From a bacterium (GTDB lineage: Bacteria; Electryoneota; Electryoneia; Electryoneales; Electryoneaceae), in contig OY769902.1 in the NCBI GenBank assembly GCA_963669175.1, forward strand, positions 2,720,001-2,784,000: a stretch of 64,000 nucleotides of DNA, written 5' to 3'. Each line of letters begins with the position of its first letter. Within the stretch, counting starts at the first letter, position 1. Positions 40,855 through 51,992 of the stretch are shown in pieces. The position numbers were made by a program, and so were the translations under genes. The notes beneath the pieces were generated by a model. That model was given only the letters and a program-made list of their open reading frames with translations, had not been told where the DNA came from and searched no databases.

Positions 40855-41547
40855 TCAGGTCTTTTGATAAACGTTTTTCGCACGAAAAAGGTGATGTTGC
40901 CAGTCCGCAATGGTACAAATGTCATATTTGATATCCATCAGGTCAACCTGAAGATTCACAGCTTTGAGGGATTTTACAATCGCTTCGAGAGGACTCATTT
41001 GATCAGGATCAATTTCAGGGAAAAAGGCAGGATGAAATCGACGAGCGCCGAGCAGATACCAATTGCCGGAGATTGCCGGTCCGATCACAGCATCAGAAGA
41101 ATCAAGCCGCTTGAACGCATCAACAATAATTGCTGAAGTGACGGATGGCGTATGAACATCCAGAACAACAACATGGGATGCGCCGCGAAGAAATGCCCGC
41201 TCCAGCAGGCGTCCTGTTCTGGAAGAGAAATTATCACCCGATTGTATCCACGATTTCCGGCCGGGGAAAAAGGAGTTCTGCTCCGGTTGACTGGACCACG
41301 CAATGACTGTTTTTATCTCTTTTGGAATTTGCCAGAGCACTTCTGATATATTGGATAGCAGACCCTGATATACAGCGAGTGTCTGTTCCCACCCGGATTC
41401 TTCAGGGGGAAAATGGCTCAGCTTTCCAATGTCCGGAGGATCAGCCGTGACGATCAAATGGTAGTTTGGCATGATGTTACAGTTGGTTTGGAGAATGATG
41501 AAAAAAAAGCTCAGCCAAGATAACGTCAAATGATGGTACATGTCCAT
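40855..41547 (-). CDS. DUF2064/CofC-like glycosyltransferase-fold protein
   Basis: QSG..F..R, D..P, VIGPA..G.WYLLG, DI.TIAD. Start may be MPNYHL (41472). Confidence 0.7.
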   Translation of the reverse strand: MDMYHHLTLSWLSFFFIILQTNCNIMPNYHLIVTADPPDIGKLSHFPPEESGWEQTLAVYQGLLSNISEVLWQIPKEIKTVIAWSSQPEQNSFFPGRKSWIQSGDNFSSRTGRLLERAFLRGASHVVVLDVHTPSVTSAIIVDAFKRLDSSDAVIGPAISGNWYLLGARRFHPAFFPEIDPDQMSPLEAIVKSLKAVNLQVDLMDIKYDICTIADWQHHLFRAKNVYQKT

Positions 41548-41591
41548 GATAGTGGACCATACCTGGGAGGATGCAGAAGAAACAGGTTTCT

Positions 41592-44500
41592 TTATAAGTC
41601 TGATTTGCGCTTTCTGATCTTTGGATTTTCCGGCAGATAGACATCTACCCTGGTTCCTTCACCGGGTTTGCTTGCTATGGTAATATCACCATCATGATTT
41701 CGAATAATCCCGTATACAGCGGCCATTCCCATGCCACGTCCGGCAAACTTGGTGGAAAACATGGGCTCAAAGATTCGTTTCAGAACTTCAGGAGGCATGC
41801 CGCAACCGTCATCCATCACGGTCAGATGAACATAGCTGCCCGGATCAACATCTATTGTATCCACCAGGTCACTTGAACTGAAGGATTGGTTGGTGGTTGA
41901 CAATGTAATTGTGCCTGCAGAAGAGATCGCTTCAATGCTGTTTCGGATAATATGCATGAACGCCATATGGATTTGTGATGAATCAGCAATAATTTCGTGC
42001 AGCTTTGGATCCAGCTCCAGATCAAACCGGATGTCATTGGAAGTGGCTTTTGCCAGCGAACGGTAAACATTTTCTACAACATTGTTTACATTTACATTAT
42101 TCAGCATGTACTTGCCCTGACGGGAGAAGGCAAGCATTTCCTGTGCAAGTATTCCGGCACGTTCTGCGGATTCAACAATCTCTACCAATAATTCTGTATC
42201 TTCCGATGAGCCTCGTAAATCCATTCGTAGTAGTTCAGCATTGCCCATGACACCTACCATCAGGTTGTTGATATCATGAGCCACACCACCGGCCAGAGTT
42301 GCGGTTGCTTCCAGCCTGTTTCTTTCCAGCGCTTCCTGTTGGGCGCGTCGCTGGTCCGTTATTTCCATGGCAACTTCAACAACATTTTTTACTACCCCTC
42401 GTGTATCTTTCAAAGGGTATGCGGTAAGAAACCAGATACGGTTTTCCGATGTAGTAACCTCAGAAGTCTCAATAGCGCCCGTCCTGAAGGATTTCGCAAC
42501 AGGGCAGTCAGTACATGGCTTTTCCGTGTGATACCACATCTCATAACAGTGCTTTCCACCAAGATCTTCTACCGACACGTCCACAGAGTCCGCCGCTGCA
42601 CGATTGGCCCAAAGAATCTCCATGTCCGGATTATAGAGAGCAACCAGTTCAGAAAGTGAATCAAGTATTGCAGTCTTTTCACGCTCGCTCTGGTGAAGCG
42701 CCCGCTGGGCTTCTTTCAGATCTGTCACATCCTGAACGAAGATGATACCCCCGTAAATGTCCTTATCTCTACCATACAATGGGGAGCTGACCAGCATATA
42801 GTCTTTTGACTGGATGGATCCTTCCAGAACTTTCTGATTTCCCAGAAGAGCTTCTTCACACAGCGGGAAAACACGTTCCAGGATATCATCAGGCAAGATG
42901 TCCTGAATATTCTGGTTCTGTAAAGTGGTTTTATCGAAACCTGCAACCTCGATTCCAGGGCCTTCCGCCAGCAGAATTTCAAAATCATGATTGAACAGGA
43001 ATGCGGCCGAACCGGGAATATTTGCCGCGAGGGTTCTGTATTTCTGCTCACTTTGCTGCAATTCACTGGCAACCTGGTCTCGCAACAAAGCGGCGCCTAT
43101 GGCAGCGGCTGAAGCTTTCAGAGCATCCAATTCAGGCGCGGACCAGATATACTCGTTGTGGATCGTAACAAAGCTGATAAATCCCCACCACTCATTGGCC
43201 TTGAAAACAGGCACAATGGCAAGGGATTTCGCCCTTGTCGTTTCCAAGATTTTCCGCTGTTCGCCAGGAAAATCTGATATTGCTCCATGAATAGCTTTGC
43301 CTGAAGACAATCTTCCAATCCAATCCATGAAGTGTTCGGCATTTTTCTCCATTATTGCGGAATCAAAAAGATCAGATTCTGACAATTCGGGATGTGACCA
43401 TACGTGTACTATTTCCGACATATGCCCCGTTAGTAGCGGGTCTGTCATTCTAACAATATGTACTTGAGAAGCGTTTGTCGCTTTCCCCATGTTTTCGAGT
43501 ACATCACCTACACAAGCATCAAAAGCTCCATGGCGCAGGAAGCATGTCGTCGTGAAACTGACAGCTTCTAGAATGGCATCCTTTCTTTCCAGCGCTTCCC
43601 TGTTTCTTTTCTGTTCCGTAATGTCTACAGAAACGGACAGTATGCCACGTTGCCCAAGCTGAAGCAGGATGGGAGTCTTTGTTGTCTGATACCATTGAAT
43701 GGTTCCTGGCTCAACGACATAGGATTCCTCTAACGTCGTTGTCTGCCCGGAATGGTATACTTTATCGTATATCTCATCTTCCTGTTCCAGTCGTGCCTGG
43801 TCTGTGAACAAATCACTTATATGTTGTCCAATAATCTGCCTGGGAGTCTGATTAAACAAATTGGCAAACGCCTTGTTTGCCATCATGATGCGTCCACCGG
43901 CATTCTTTACGAAAATGAGATTGGGATCTGTGTCAATCGTGTCAAGAATGAAACGACGTTCTTTTTCGAGCTGTTCTTCAACAAGCACCTGCTCGGTGAT
44001 TTCACGTGCAATTGTGCCAATTCGAAAACCTGCATCGGTTTTGATCAGGTAGGATCTTTGCTCAATATAACGGTGAGTGCCGTCAGGGTGAACAATGTGC
44101 AGTTTTAGCGCTTCACGATCCCAATCCGCTTCACCAGTCTTCAGACTTCTCAGTATCCTCTTGTGAATAATCTCTGTTGGCATCCGTTGGCTTCCGGGAG
44201 TGTTCAACATTGCGTGCATTTCCCAGACAGGCTTGCCAATGACCTCGTGATAAGGAATCCCAGTAATCCTTTCCTGGGCGGTATTCCATTCGAAGATGAT
44301 TCCATTCTCATCGGCCATGACCACACCTTCGGCCGTATGGGCGATCAGATCTCGATATTTCTTTTCGCTGTCACGTATTTTTTCTTCGTAGGCTTTCCTC
44401 TCAGAAGTGTCCCTTGTTACGCCAATGATATATTTCAGATTGCCATTGTGGTCAAAGAATGATGTTGCACGAATTTCTGCTGGAATGATATAACCATCTT

Positions 44501-45707
44501 TGTGAATGAGCTCTGTTTCCTGTGTAGCGTCCGGTCTCTCAGGTGTGAGAGCAGCAATATTCCGTCTTGTTAAAAGCGCAGACTCTTCGGTCATGGTGTC
44601 AATAATTGATATGTTTAATCCCTCTTCAACAGAATATCCCATCATTCTCTTTATCGAAGGACTAACGTACGAGAAACGACCATCCGCTTCCATCTGCCAG
44701 ACAACATCAAGCACGTTGTCAGTAATCAGACGATATCGGCTTTCGCTCTCTTCCAAAGACTGCTGTGCCAGTTTGTGTTCTGTAATATCTTCGGCAGTTC
44801 CTTCATAATACAGGATGTTTCCGTCTTCATCATAAACACAATGGGCGTTTTCCCGTACATAGATAGTTTTACCATTTTCATGCCGCCAGGCAGATTCAAG
44901 TCCCTTTATCTCGCCTTCAGCTTCGAGTTTCTTCTTGAATTCTTCGCGTGAATAGTCAGGATGATAAAATTTGGGGTTGGAAAGATCACGGCCTTTCATC
45001 GCCTCCTCAGACTTAAAGCCAAGAATCTTCCTTAGTGCAGGATTCTGTAATAGTATTTTCCCGTCAGGCGAAGTTCTGTACAGACCAATCGAAACATTTT
45101 CATAAAGCGTCCTCATTTTTTCTTCATTTTCCTGCAATTGTTGCTGGAGACGTGTTGATTGAGTCACATCCTGGATTACGCCTACGATTTTTACTACAGT
45201 ATCATTCTGGTCACAAAGCACCTTGGCGCTTACCTCAACGAAGTACTCCTCGCCATTTTTACTGATTCGTATTACATGAACGAATGATTCGCGCGTCTCC
45301 AGAAGATGCAATACTGCTTTTTTGATGTCTGGCCAATCGGCAGGGTGGACCAGTTGTTGGAAATCTTCAAGCTTCTCTGGTGGGTGGCCAAACTCTTCGC
45401 CATATACCCTGGAAAGTCCTTTTGACCAGATTCTCTCACCTGAAGTTAAATCAAAACAAAAAGTTCCAACCTTTGCAACATGTAGGGCGTCTTCAAGCCA
45501 GCTCGGCGGAAGGGCGTTAAAGGAGGTAGGTGACGACGGAGTACGAACCGTACTGGTATCTAGTCTGGATTCCAGTTGCCTGATTCTATCCCTGGCAGCA
45601 AGAAGCTCTGCTTTCAGCTCCTGCTTGCTTTTTTTATCTGTGTTCAACCGCAACCTCTCCACAAAGGTTGTGGAATTGGCATCGCTTAATGAGTCCAGGA
45701 TCTGCAA
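41592..45707 (-). CDS. Multi-PAS/GAF sensor histidine kinase (NtrB-like), soluble
   Basis: Repeated PAS/PAC motifs, GAF (PVF..NEWWGFI), H-box GVAHDINN, D.G.GM, F.TK..GRGMGM, G.G. Confidence 0.93.
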   Translation of the reverse strand: MQILDSLSDANSTTFVERLRLNTDKKSKQELKAELLAARDRIRQLESRLDTSTVRTPSSPTSFNALPPSWLEDALHVAKVGTFCFDLTSGERIWSKGLSRVYGEEFGHPPEKLEDFQQLVHPADWPDIKKAVLHLLETRESFVHVIRISKNGEEYFVEVSAKVLCDQNDTVVKIVGVIQDVTQSTRLQQQLQENEEKMRTLYENVSIGLYRTSPDGKILLQNPALRKILGFKSEEAMKGRDLSNPKFYHPDYSREEFKKKLEAEGEIKGLESAWRHENGKTIYVRENAHCVYDEDGNILYYEGTAEDITEHKLAQQSLEESESRYRLITDNVLDVVWQMEADGRFSYVSPSIKRMMGYSVEEGLNISIIDTMTEESALLTRRNIAALTPERPDATQETELIHKDGYIIPAEIRATSFFDHNGNLKYIIGVTRDTSERKAYEEKIRDSEKKYRDLIAHTAEGVVMADENGIIFEWNTAQERITGIPYHEVIGKPVWEMHAMLNTPGSQRMPTEIIHKRILRSLKTGEADWDREALKLHIVHPDGTHRYIEQRSYLIKTDAGFRIGTIAREITEQVLVEEQLEKERRFILDTIDTDPNLIFVKNAGGRIMMANKAFANLFNQTPRQIIGQHISDLFTDQARLEQEDEIYDKVYHSGQTTTLEESYVVEPGTIQWYQTTKTPILLQLGQRGILSVSVDITEQKRNREALERKDAILEAVSFTTTCFLRHGAFDACVGDVLENMGKATNASQVHIVRMTDPLLTGHMSEIVHVWSHPELSESDLFDSAIMEKNAEHFMDWIGRLSSGKAIHGAISDFPGEQRKILETTRAKSLAIVPVFKANEWWGFISFVTIHNEYIWSAPELDALKASAAAIGAALLRDQVASELQQSEQKYRTLAANIPGSAAFLFNHDFEILLAEGPGIEVAGFDKTTLQNQNIQDILPDDILERVFPLCEEALLGNQKVLEGSIQSKDYMLVSSPLYGRDKDIYGGIIFVQDVTDLKEAQRALHQSEREKTAILDSLSELVALYNPDMEILWANRAAADSVDVSVEDLGGKHCYEMWYHTEKPCTDCPVAKSFRTGAIETSEVTTSENRIWFLTAYPLKDTRGVVKNVVEVAMEITDQRRAQQEALERNRLEATATLAGGVAHDINNLMVGVMGNAELLRMDLRGSSEDTELLVEIVESAERAGILAQEMLAFSRQGKYMLNNVNVNNVVENVYRSLAKATSNDIRFDLELDPKLHEIIADSSQIHMAFMHIIRNSIEAISSAGTITLSTTNQSFSSSDLVDTIDVDPGSYVHLTVMDDGCGMPPEVLKRIFEPMFSTKFAGRGMGMAAVYGIIRNHDGDITIASKPGEGTRVDVYLPENPKIRKRKSDL

Positions 45708-45981
45708 AGAAAAAACGAAGAGTGACCTGGATCACACATATTTTAACCCTACCTACTAAACATAGATATAATTGCCGATAAATACAACATGTTGTCAGCG
45801 TAAAAAATTGGCATGAGTGGTATTAAAAATTGCAATTGTCATACTCGAATATCGTGCCTGTCTTCCTATTCTTTTGTTAGTCAAACTGCTGCTGGATAGT
45901 ACATGTCAAATTTTAATATTACAAAAAGACACACAACAAAATATGCCGTGTGTCTTTGAAATTACTCTTTTCGAGCAAGCG

Positions 45982-48621
45982 TCACATTCCGCCCATCCCA
46001 CGCATCATTCCGCCGGGCATCCCGCGAGAGGGTTGTTCACCCGGTTCTGGTTTCCCGAGTACCGTGACCCGGCTATTTGCAGACGCGAGGTATTGCCGGG
46101 CAACTTTGCGCACATCTTCAAGAGTGAGTTGTTGTGTTTGTTCATAGACGTTCCAGGTGTCCAACGGATTATTCCAGTAAAAAGCATCAACACCCAGCGC
46201 CATCGCCAGGTTTATACGGCTGGAATAGCGACGCAAGGTTTTCCCCAGGACTGACTGACGAGCGACTTCAAAGCGGTTCTCATCGAAATCACCGTCAGCG
46301 ATACGTTTCAGGTGTTCATACACAGCCGTTTCCGATTCTTGCAGATGTTCTTCCGGAAGTCCCATGGACACTGTCCAGGCGCCCCAGCCGGGACGCAGAT
46401 ACAGGCTGCTTCCGGCGCCATAGGCCCAACCTTTCTTCTCTCCAAGGTCACGATAGATCAGGTCTGAAACCATTGCGTTGGCAACAATCAGCGCGGCTCT
46501 GTCTTCTTCACGAATCTTGGGGATGAGAAATCCAGAGGCGAGATAACCCTGTCTTCCTGAACCGGTCACTTCGTACTGGCCGGGTTCAGATACCGGTGCA
46601 ACCTGATTCACGGCAACATCCGCTTCAGGCAGGTTTTTAAATGCTTTCGCTGTTGCTTCAAATACTTCTTCCGGGGACGCCGGGCTGACAACGCTTACGA
46701 TGAGGTTATTGCCGGCAAAATAGCGTTTGGCGAAAGTTTTAACCGATTTGGGAGACGCGCCTTCGAGTGCGGAAGTGTCGCCACCATAGACACCTGCCGC
46801 TAGTGGGGCAGGGCCGAACAGTTTATCCTTAAATAGCTGACCTGCTTCTGAGGAAAGCTTGCCTTTGCCTTGTTGGATAATGCCTTCGATTTCTGTAACC
46901 GTCGCAGTAATTGTATCCTCTGAAGGATCAAGTCGGGCAAACAATTTGCCCATCATTTCCAGCGCAGAACGCCATCGTTCGGCTACTACTTCTACACGAA
47001 TAAAGCTGTATTCCGGGGTTGTCCGGTAATTGTCGAACGGCACCCGTGGATCATCTACGGTTGAAACATCCATTCCAATATCATCGAACAGTTTTTTCAA
47101 GCTGTCAGCGCTGATATCATCATAGCTGTTCAACAGGAGACGATGCAGCAGGTCGGCCCAGCCCCTGTGTGAATCTTCAAGCAAGGCGCGATTTCGCGCA
47201 ACGATGTGAATCCCGGCTACCGGAGCGCCTTTCACCTGCCTGGCATAAACCGCGAGTCCATTGGACGGGAGGATGGAAGCTTCAACCGAGCCCATCATAA
47301 TCCCGGCGCTTTCCGACTCCTCGCTTCGAGGCAGGTAAACACTGGCAACAAAAAGCGGATCGGTAAACCAGCGCATGGCGATTGTACCGGCTTCATCGGG
47401 AGTGACATCTCCACGATGTGAGTCGATGATTTCCCAGTAAGGATAAGGCGCTACCGCAAGTTTGGGAACCAGCAGGAAAGAGCCATATTGTACCTGTTCT
47501 GAGAAGAACAACTCTTCACGCAACATGCTCTCATGAGTGCGGATCAGTTCCGCTTCACTGTAGTCAAGCTGGGATAATTCTTTTACCGCAGCGATGATAT
47601 CGTCAACAACGCTTTGCGCATCCGCACCCTGCATCAGGCCAGCCTGTATATCCAGTACGCTGAAACCGGGATCTACGGTTGTGGAAGAATAGACATAGGT
47701 GATACGGGGCATGCCCGGTCCGCGAAGTTTTTCTTCCAGGAGATTATCCAGGTAATTGCTGATGAGTTGGAATGCAGGATAGTCCGGCGATTCATAGGAG
47801 GGGGCAGGTATGGAGACAAAGACCGTACCACTGTTCACATCGCCATACGTATAGAATGTTCTGCCTGCGCGCCAGTTTTCAAAACCGACCGGCCAGCTTT
47901 CCGGACGTGCCGGGAGTTTTCGTGCCGGTTCACTTCCATAAATCTCACGGGCCAGGTTTTCCATTTCCGAATAGGTCAGGTCACCTTTCAGAACCAGCGT
48001 CATGTTGTTGGTAGTATACCAGTCATCATGGAATTGTTTTACAGCATCACGGGAAAGTGCGGTAATGCCACTGACAGAGCCGAGGGTCGGGAATCCGTAG
48101 GGAGTGTCACCGTAAACATGCTGAATATGCGCAATTTCTGCCGGATATGTTGCCCGGTTATGGCTTTGCTGGATTTCTGCGATCACACGTCCCTTTTCTA
48201 CAAGGTATGTATCTGCCGGAACGGTGGAATGGAGGATCATATCGGCCTGTATTGCCATGGCATTGGCAGCGTGTTCCTTTGGGACGACCAGGATGTAATT
48301 TGTGTAAGTCTTGCTGGTTTGGGCGTTGTAATACGCTCCCATCAGATCCATGCCATCATAGATTTCGCCCTGGGTGCGTGTTTCCGTACCGCGAAACATC
48401 ATATGCTCCAGCATATGAGTCGCACCGGCGGTCGATAAATCTTCGTAAGATGAACCGGTTTTTACGATCACCAGGCTGGAAAGCAGGGGGGAAGACGCAT
48501 CCGGCATCATAACGACATCCAGGCCGTTTTCAAGAGTGATGGTGCGTACTTCACCGGCCGACGCCAGAGAGAAGCTCAGAATCAGGATGGCCAGAACGAG
48601 CATGAATGAACGGGATTGCAT
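45982..48621 (-). CDS. M16 (pitrilysin/insulinase) zinc peptidase, exported
   Basis: HMLEH (HxxEH), NAQT, two-lobed length; signal peptide from MQSRSF behind GGAG. Confidence 0.92.
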   Translation of the reverse strand: MQSRSFMLVLAILILSFSLASAGEVRTITLENGLDVVMMPDASSPLLSSLVIVKTGSSYEDLSTAGATHMLEHMMFRGTETRTQGEIYDGMDLMGAYYNAQTSKTYTNYILVVPKEHAANAMAIQADMILHSTVPADTYLVEKGRVIAEIQQSHNRATYPAEIAHIQHVYGDTPYGFPTLGSVSGITALSRDAVKQFHDDWYTTNNMTLVLKGDLTYSEMENLAREIYGSEPARKLPARPESWPVGFENWRAGRTFYTYGDVNSGTVFVSIPAPSYESPDYPAFQLISNYLDNLLEEKLRGPGMPRITYVYSSTTVDPGFSVLDIQAGLMQGADAQSVVDDIIAAVKELSQLDYSEAELIRTHESMLREELFFSEQVQYGSFLLVPKLAVAPYPYWEIIDSHRGDVTPDEAGTIAMRWFTDPLFVASVYLPRSEESESAGIMMGSVEASILPSNGLAVYARQVKGAPVAGIHIVARNRALLEDSHRGWADLLHRLLLNSYDDISADSLKKLFDDIGMDVSTVDDPRVPFDNYRTTPEYSFIRVEVVAERWRSALEMMGKLFARLDPSEDTITATVTEIEGIIQQGKGKLSSEAGQLFKDKLFGPAPLAAGVYGGDTSALEGASPKSVKTFAKRYFAGNNLIVSVVSPASPEEVFEATAKAFKNLPEADVAVNQVAPVSEPGQYEVTGSGRQGYLASGFLIPKIREEDRAALIVANAMVSDLIYRDLGEKKGWAYGAGSSLYLRPGWGAWTVSMGLPEEHLQESETAVYEHLKRIADGDFDENRFEVARQSVLGKTLRRYSSRINLAMALGVDAFYWNNPLDTWNVYEQTQQLTLEDVRKVARQYLASANSRVTVLGKPEPGEQPSRGMPGGMMRGMGGM

Positions 48622-48695
48622 GATGTTCTCCGTGTTTCTCGCTGTTGACATACAGGATAAATTAGATGCTGAATAAATTGTTTTGATGCTGCTTG

Positions 48696-49766
48696 TCAAT
48701 CGCTCATAATGTGGCGAATCAGGTTGTCGATATCATCACTGTTTCCCAGCAACAACACCCGATCATTTTCTTCAAACACAGAAGTGCCATCGGGTTGCAT
48801 GACAATGTCCCCATTTTCACGTTTGATTGCCATAATCTGCACCTTGGCCAGGTCTCTTCGCAGGTCGGCTTGCCGGATCGTTTGCCCGATCAAGCGTGCG
48901 TTTGGCGGGAGGTGCAGTTCCTGCATCTCATATTTGTTGCCAAAATGATTCATGAAGAGGTCGAAAAATTCAACCAGGCTCGGTTTCAAAGCGAGCGATA
49001 CCATGCGTTGAGCGCCCATGGAGAAGGGAAGCTCCACACGGTCGGCGCCAGCGCGTTTTAATCGGTCTTTACTCCTGGAATCAACACCTCGGGCAATAAT
49101 CGTGATGTTCGGATTCAGGCTGCGAGCTGTAATTGTGACCATGACATTTCCCGACTCACCGGTAAGGGCGGTAATCAGGGCGGCAGCTCGGTGAATCCCG
49201 GCTTCCTCGAGGGTCTCATCTTCTGCTGCATCTCCGCTCAGAATGAGGTAGTCCTTTGCCAGGGCGTGTTCCACCTGCGCGGGGTCACGTTCGATGATGC
49301 AAAAGTCAACATTGGATCTGGCCAGTTCTTCTGCCGCTTCGCTTCCAAGTTTACCGTACCCGGCCAGGATAACATGATCACGAAGTTTTTCGAGACGTTT
49401 CTGCATGCGTCGGCCCCGTAGTCTGGCTAAAAGTTCACCGCTGACAATATAGGAAGTGATCGTTGTTAGTGACATACCGCCAATTGTAATGCCTGAAATA
49501 ATAAGGAATACAGTCAGGATTCGACCACTGTCGTCCAGGGGGATAACTTCACCGTACCCAACCGTACTCAGGGTGATAATGGTCATGTAGAAGGAAGGGA
49601 GGAATTCGGCATCTTCAAAGTACATGTACCCGGCTGTTCCGATGACCATAACCATCGCAAGGGCGGATAGATGCGGGACAAGCTTACGGCGCAGGCTTCC
49701 GCCGGCGCCGGGCACATGCCGAAAATTCCTGGTTGAAAAGGTAAGGTAGTCCAGATGTAATTTCAT
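48696..49766 (-). CDS. Potassium channel with RCK (TrkA-N/C) domains
   Basis: Selectivity filter TVGYG; G.GKLG, GDA, GAD.V..P. Confidence 0.93.
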   Translation of the reverse strand: MKLHLDYLTFSTRNFRHVPGAGGSLRRKLVPHLSALAMVMVIGTAGYMYFEDAEFLPSFYMTIITLSTVGYGEVIPLDDSGRILTVFLIISGITIGGMSLTTITSYIVSGELLARLRGRRMQKRLEKLRDHVILAGYGKLGSEAAEELARSNVDFCIIERDPAQVEHALAKDYLILSGDAAEDETLEEAGIHRAAALITALTGESGNVMVTITARSLNPNITIIARGVDSRSKDRLKRAGADRVELPFSMGAQRMVSLALKPSLVEFFDLFMNHFGNKYEMQELHLPPNARLIGQTIRQADLRRDLAKVQIMAIKRENGDIVMQPDGTSVFEENDRVLLLGNSDDIDNLIRHIMSD

Positions 49767-49873
49767 GGATAACCACCACCCCGTGGCTGTTCAGTTTGAA
49801 TGCCGCATGTTTGCGTCAAATATAGAACAGCCCCGGGTTGGAATCCACCAAACAGAATAAAAAAGCGTGCAAA

Positions 49874-51787
49874 CTAGGCGAGCGCTTTCATCACGCGTTC
49901 GTGAACCACATGTCCATACTCACGCCCTGCCAGCTTGTCCATAGCATAACTCATGGACAGGATTTCGTGCAATTCCGGTTTCTGGGGCCGTTCTGTACGT
50001 GCATATTTTACTGCTTCTTCAACGATGGCGTCTATTTCCGGATCGGATATTTCGATCCAGCCATTGTTCGTCAACAAGGTATCAAAAGGCACTTCAGGGG
50101 CTTCACACCAGGCGCTGACAAGATCAAACCAGATTTCACGTTTGGCTGTCCCGTTTGCAACTGCCTGCAGGAGTTGTTCCCAGTGCGCTTCGGTCATCAG
50201 GTTGACATCGACATCTTCACGCTTCAGATATGTACGAAGCCGGGTCAACACTTCCGCAGCGCGCATGGGTGGCACCTTGTACTCGTTGACAGCTTTCTCG
50301 AACATCCCGGCAAAGGGACTGATCGACAGGGTGCGCGCCATGTCTTCTGCGATTTCCAGCTCGAGGTATCGCGCTTCACGATCCCACGGTAATTCAGGAA
50401 CACGTTTCGCGGCCCGCTCGATACGGTCAGGTGTGACTTCCTTGGGGGCAGAGTCGGTATCGGGATACATACGATCTGCGCCGGGTAGCACACGTTCAAA
50501 GTCAGTCGTATTATCGCGCATCGCCTGACGGGTTTCGTTCGGTACGCCGGAGATGGCTTCATCCCAACGGATGAGAATTTCATTTGCGGCAGTAATCGTA
50601 TCCTCGTCCGGTCCCCAGACTGCCAGCACACTGTCATCCGCTGTGCAACCGGTGAAGTTGCAGAGGGCGTCCATATCATGCTGGTCGAGACCGCCGGTTT
50701 CGCCATCGGTATGCAGGATGTTCGGAACCTGGTCCAGGCATGCAATCACGCGCACACGACCACCGAGATCGTCCACGAAACGACGATTGCCGGTCAATGT
50801 ATGAGAAACGAGATCCTTTGATTTTGGGAGCTTGATCAGGCGGACAGTGTCGCCTGCTGCCAGCGCGGCCTGGAGCATGGGATGGTTCAGGGAAGAACTG
50901 TCGCCCTGCCAGACAAATACATCACCGGGACGGTCGCCCGGTTGGAAGCCACGCTTCTGTAATTCTGCGGCTATCTTCAGCAGGGATTCCTGTCTGCGGG
51001 CTTCGTGAGCGGTCATTTCCGGGATGCGCGGGAAACGCGGGACACCCTTGATTTCTACACGGGTGGAGCCTTCGATGCTGACATTCACATCCTGACGTCC
51101 GGCGCCGATACCACGGCGAACCAGTCCGGTTGCACGAAGCAGGCGACTGATGCGTTCAACACCTTCGGCCGCTTCTTCGGGAGTCTCGAACTGCTTTTCG
51201 GTCACCACTTCGATAAGCGGCATGCCAAGACGGTCAGCGGCGAATATGATACGGTGGCCGACATCGGCGATTTCACGGCAGGCATCTTCTTCCAGACCGA
51301 TCTGGATAACACGAACTTCCTTGCCATTCGCGAGCGGCAGGACACCATCGACACCGATGATGCAGGTACGCTGGAAACCGGTCGGAATGGAACCATCCAG
51401 ATACTGCTTACGGATAATGTGAATTTCGCCGACGATCTTGCACTTGAAAGCGAGCGCGATGGTCAGGGCAATATCAACCGCTTCATCATCAATCGGGAAC
51501 GGCGGGTTATCATCCATCTCATAGGTGCAGACTACGTCGCGATGGAGACGGTAGATGATTTCCTTTTTGGTCTTGAACTCCATGAGCGCAGTACCGTCAT
51601 ACACCCCCAGTTCGCTCATGGTCGGGCGCATGTGACGCAATACTTCGGAATGCCAGGTGTCGTGGTATTGCCCAGCAGGACATCGGCAAAAGAGTTTTCT
51701 CTTGGTGTCGATCTGATGGTGAATTTCAACGCCGCACTTGAATCCAAGCGCTTTCCAGTCTTCTGCAGTGCCCAGGATGTTGCTCAT
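49874..51787 (-). CDS. gatE: Glu-tRNA(Gln) amidotransferase subunit GatE (archaeal-type)
   Basis: CGVEIH.Q.DT..KLFCRCP, RPTMSELG, RK..LDGS..GFQRT, LEEDACR, DRLG.PL.EV.T, RRG.G..RQDVNVS, VPNETR, R.LPGADRMYPDTD; 637 aa with central insertion. Confidence 0.9.
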   Translation of the reverse strand: MSNILGTAEDWKALGFKCGVEIHHQIDTKRKLFCRCPAGQYHDTWHSEVLRHMRPTMSELGVYDGTALMEFKTKKEIIYRLHRDVVCTYEMDDNPPFPIDDEAVDIALTIALAFKCKIVGEIHIIRKQYLDGSIPTGFQRTCIIGVDGVLPLANGKEVRVIQIGLEEDACREIADVGHRIIFAADRLGMPLIEVVTEKQFETPEEAAEGVERISRLLRATGLVRRGIGAGRQDVNVSIEGSTRVEIKGVPRFPRIPEMTAHEARRQESLLKIAAELQKRGFQPGDRPGDVFVWQGDSSSLNHPMLQAALAAGDTVRLIKLPKSKDLVSHTLTGNRRFVDDLGGRVRVIACLDQVPNILHTDGETGGLDQHDMDALCNFTGCTADDSVLAVWGPDEDTITAANEILIRWDEAISGVPNETRQAMRDNTTDFERVLPGADRMYPDTDSAPKEVTPDRIERAAKRVPELPWDREARYLELEIAEDMARTLSISPFAGMFEKAVNEYKVPPMRAAEVLTRLRTYLKREDVDVNLMTEAHWEQLLQAVANGTAKREIWFDLVSAWCEAPEVPFDTLLTNNGWIEISDPEIDAIVEEAVKYARTERPQKPELHEILSMSYAMDKLAGREYGHVVHERVMKALA

Positions 51788-51992
51788 GTTCGTTACCCAC
51801 TCGTTTTACTGCCAAACCTCAATAATAGAGGTTTTTGACCATTTAGGATTGGTAGACCGGAAGATATCGAAAAAAGGTAGCGGGACAACATAGTTAGTCT
51901 CGGTTACTCCCGGAGAGCGCAAAGGCATTTTTGTTTTATTGCAATTGGGTATCACGCTTGCTGTCCGGGAAAAGCTGGACTACTTTAATAAC

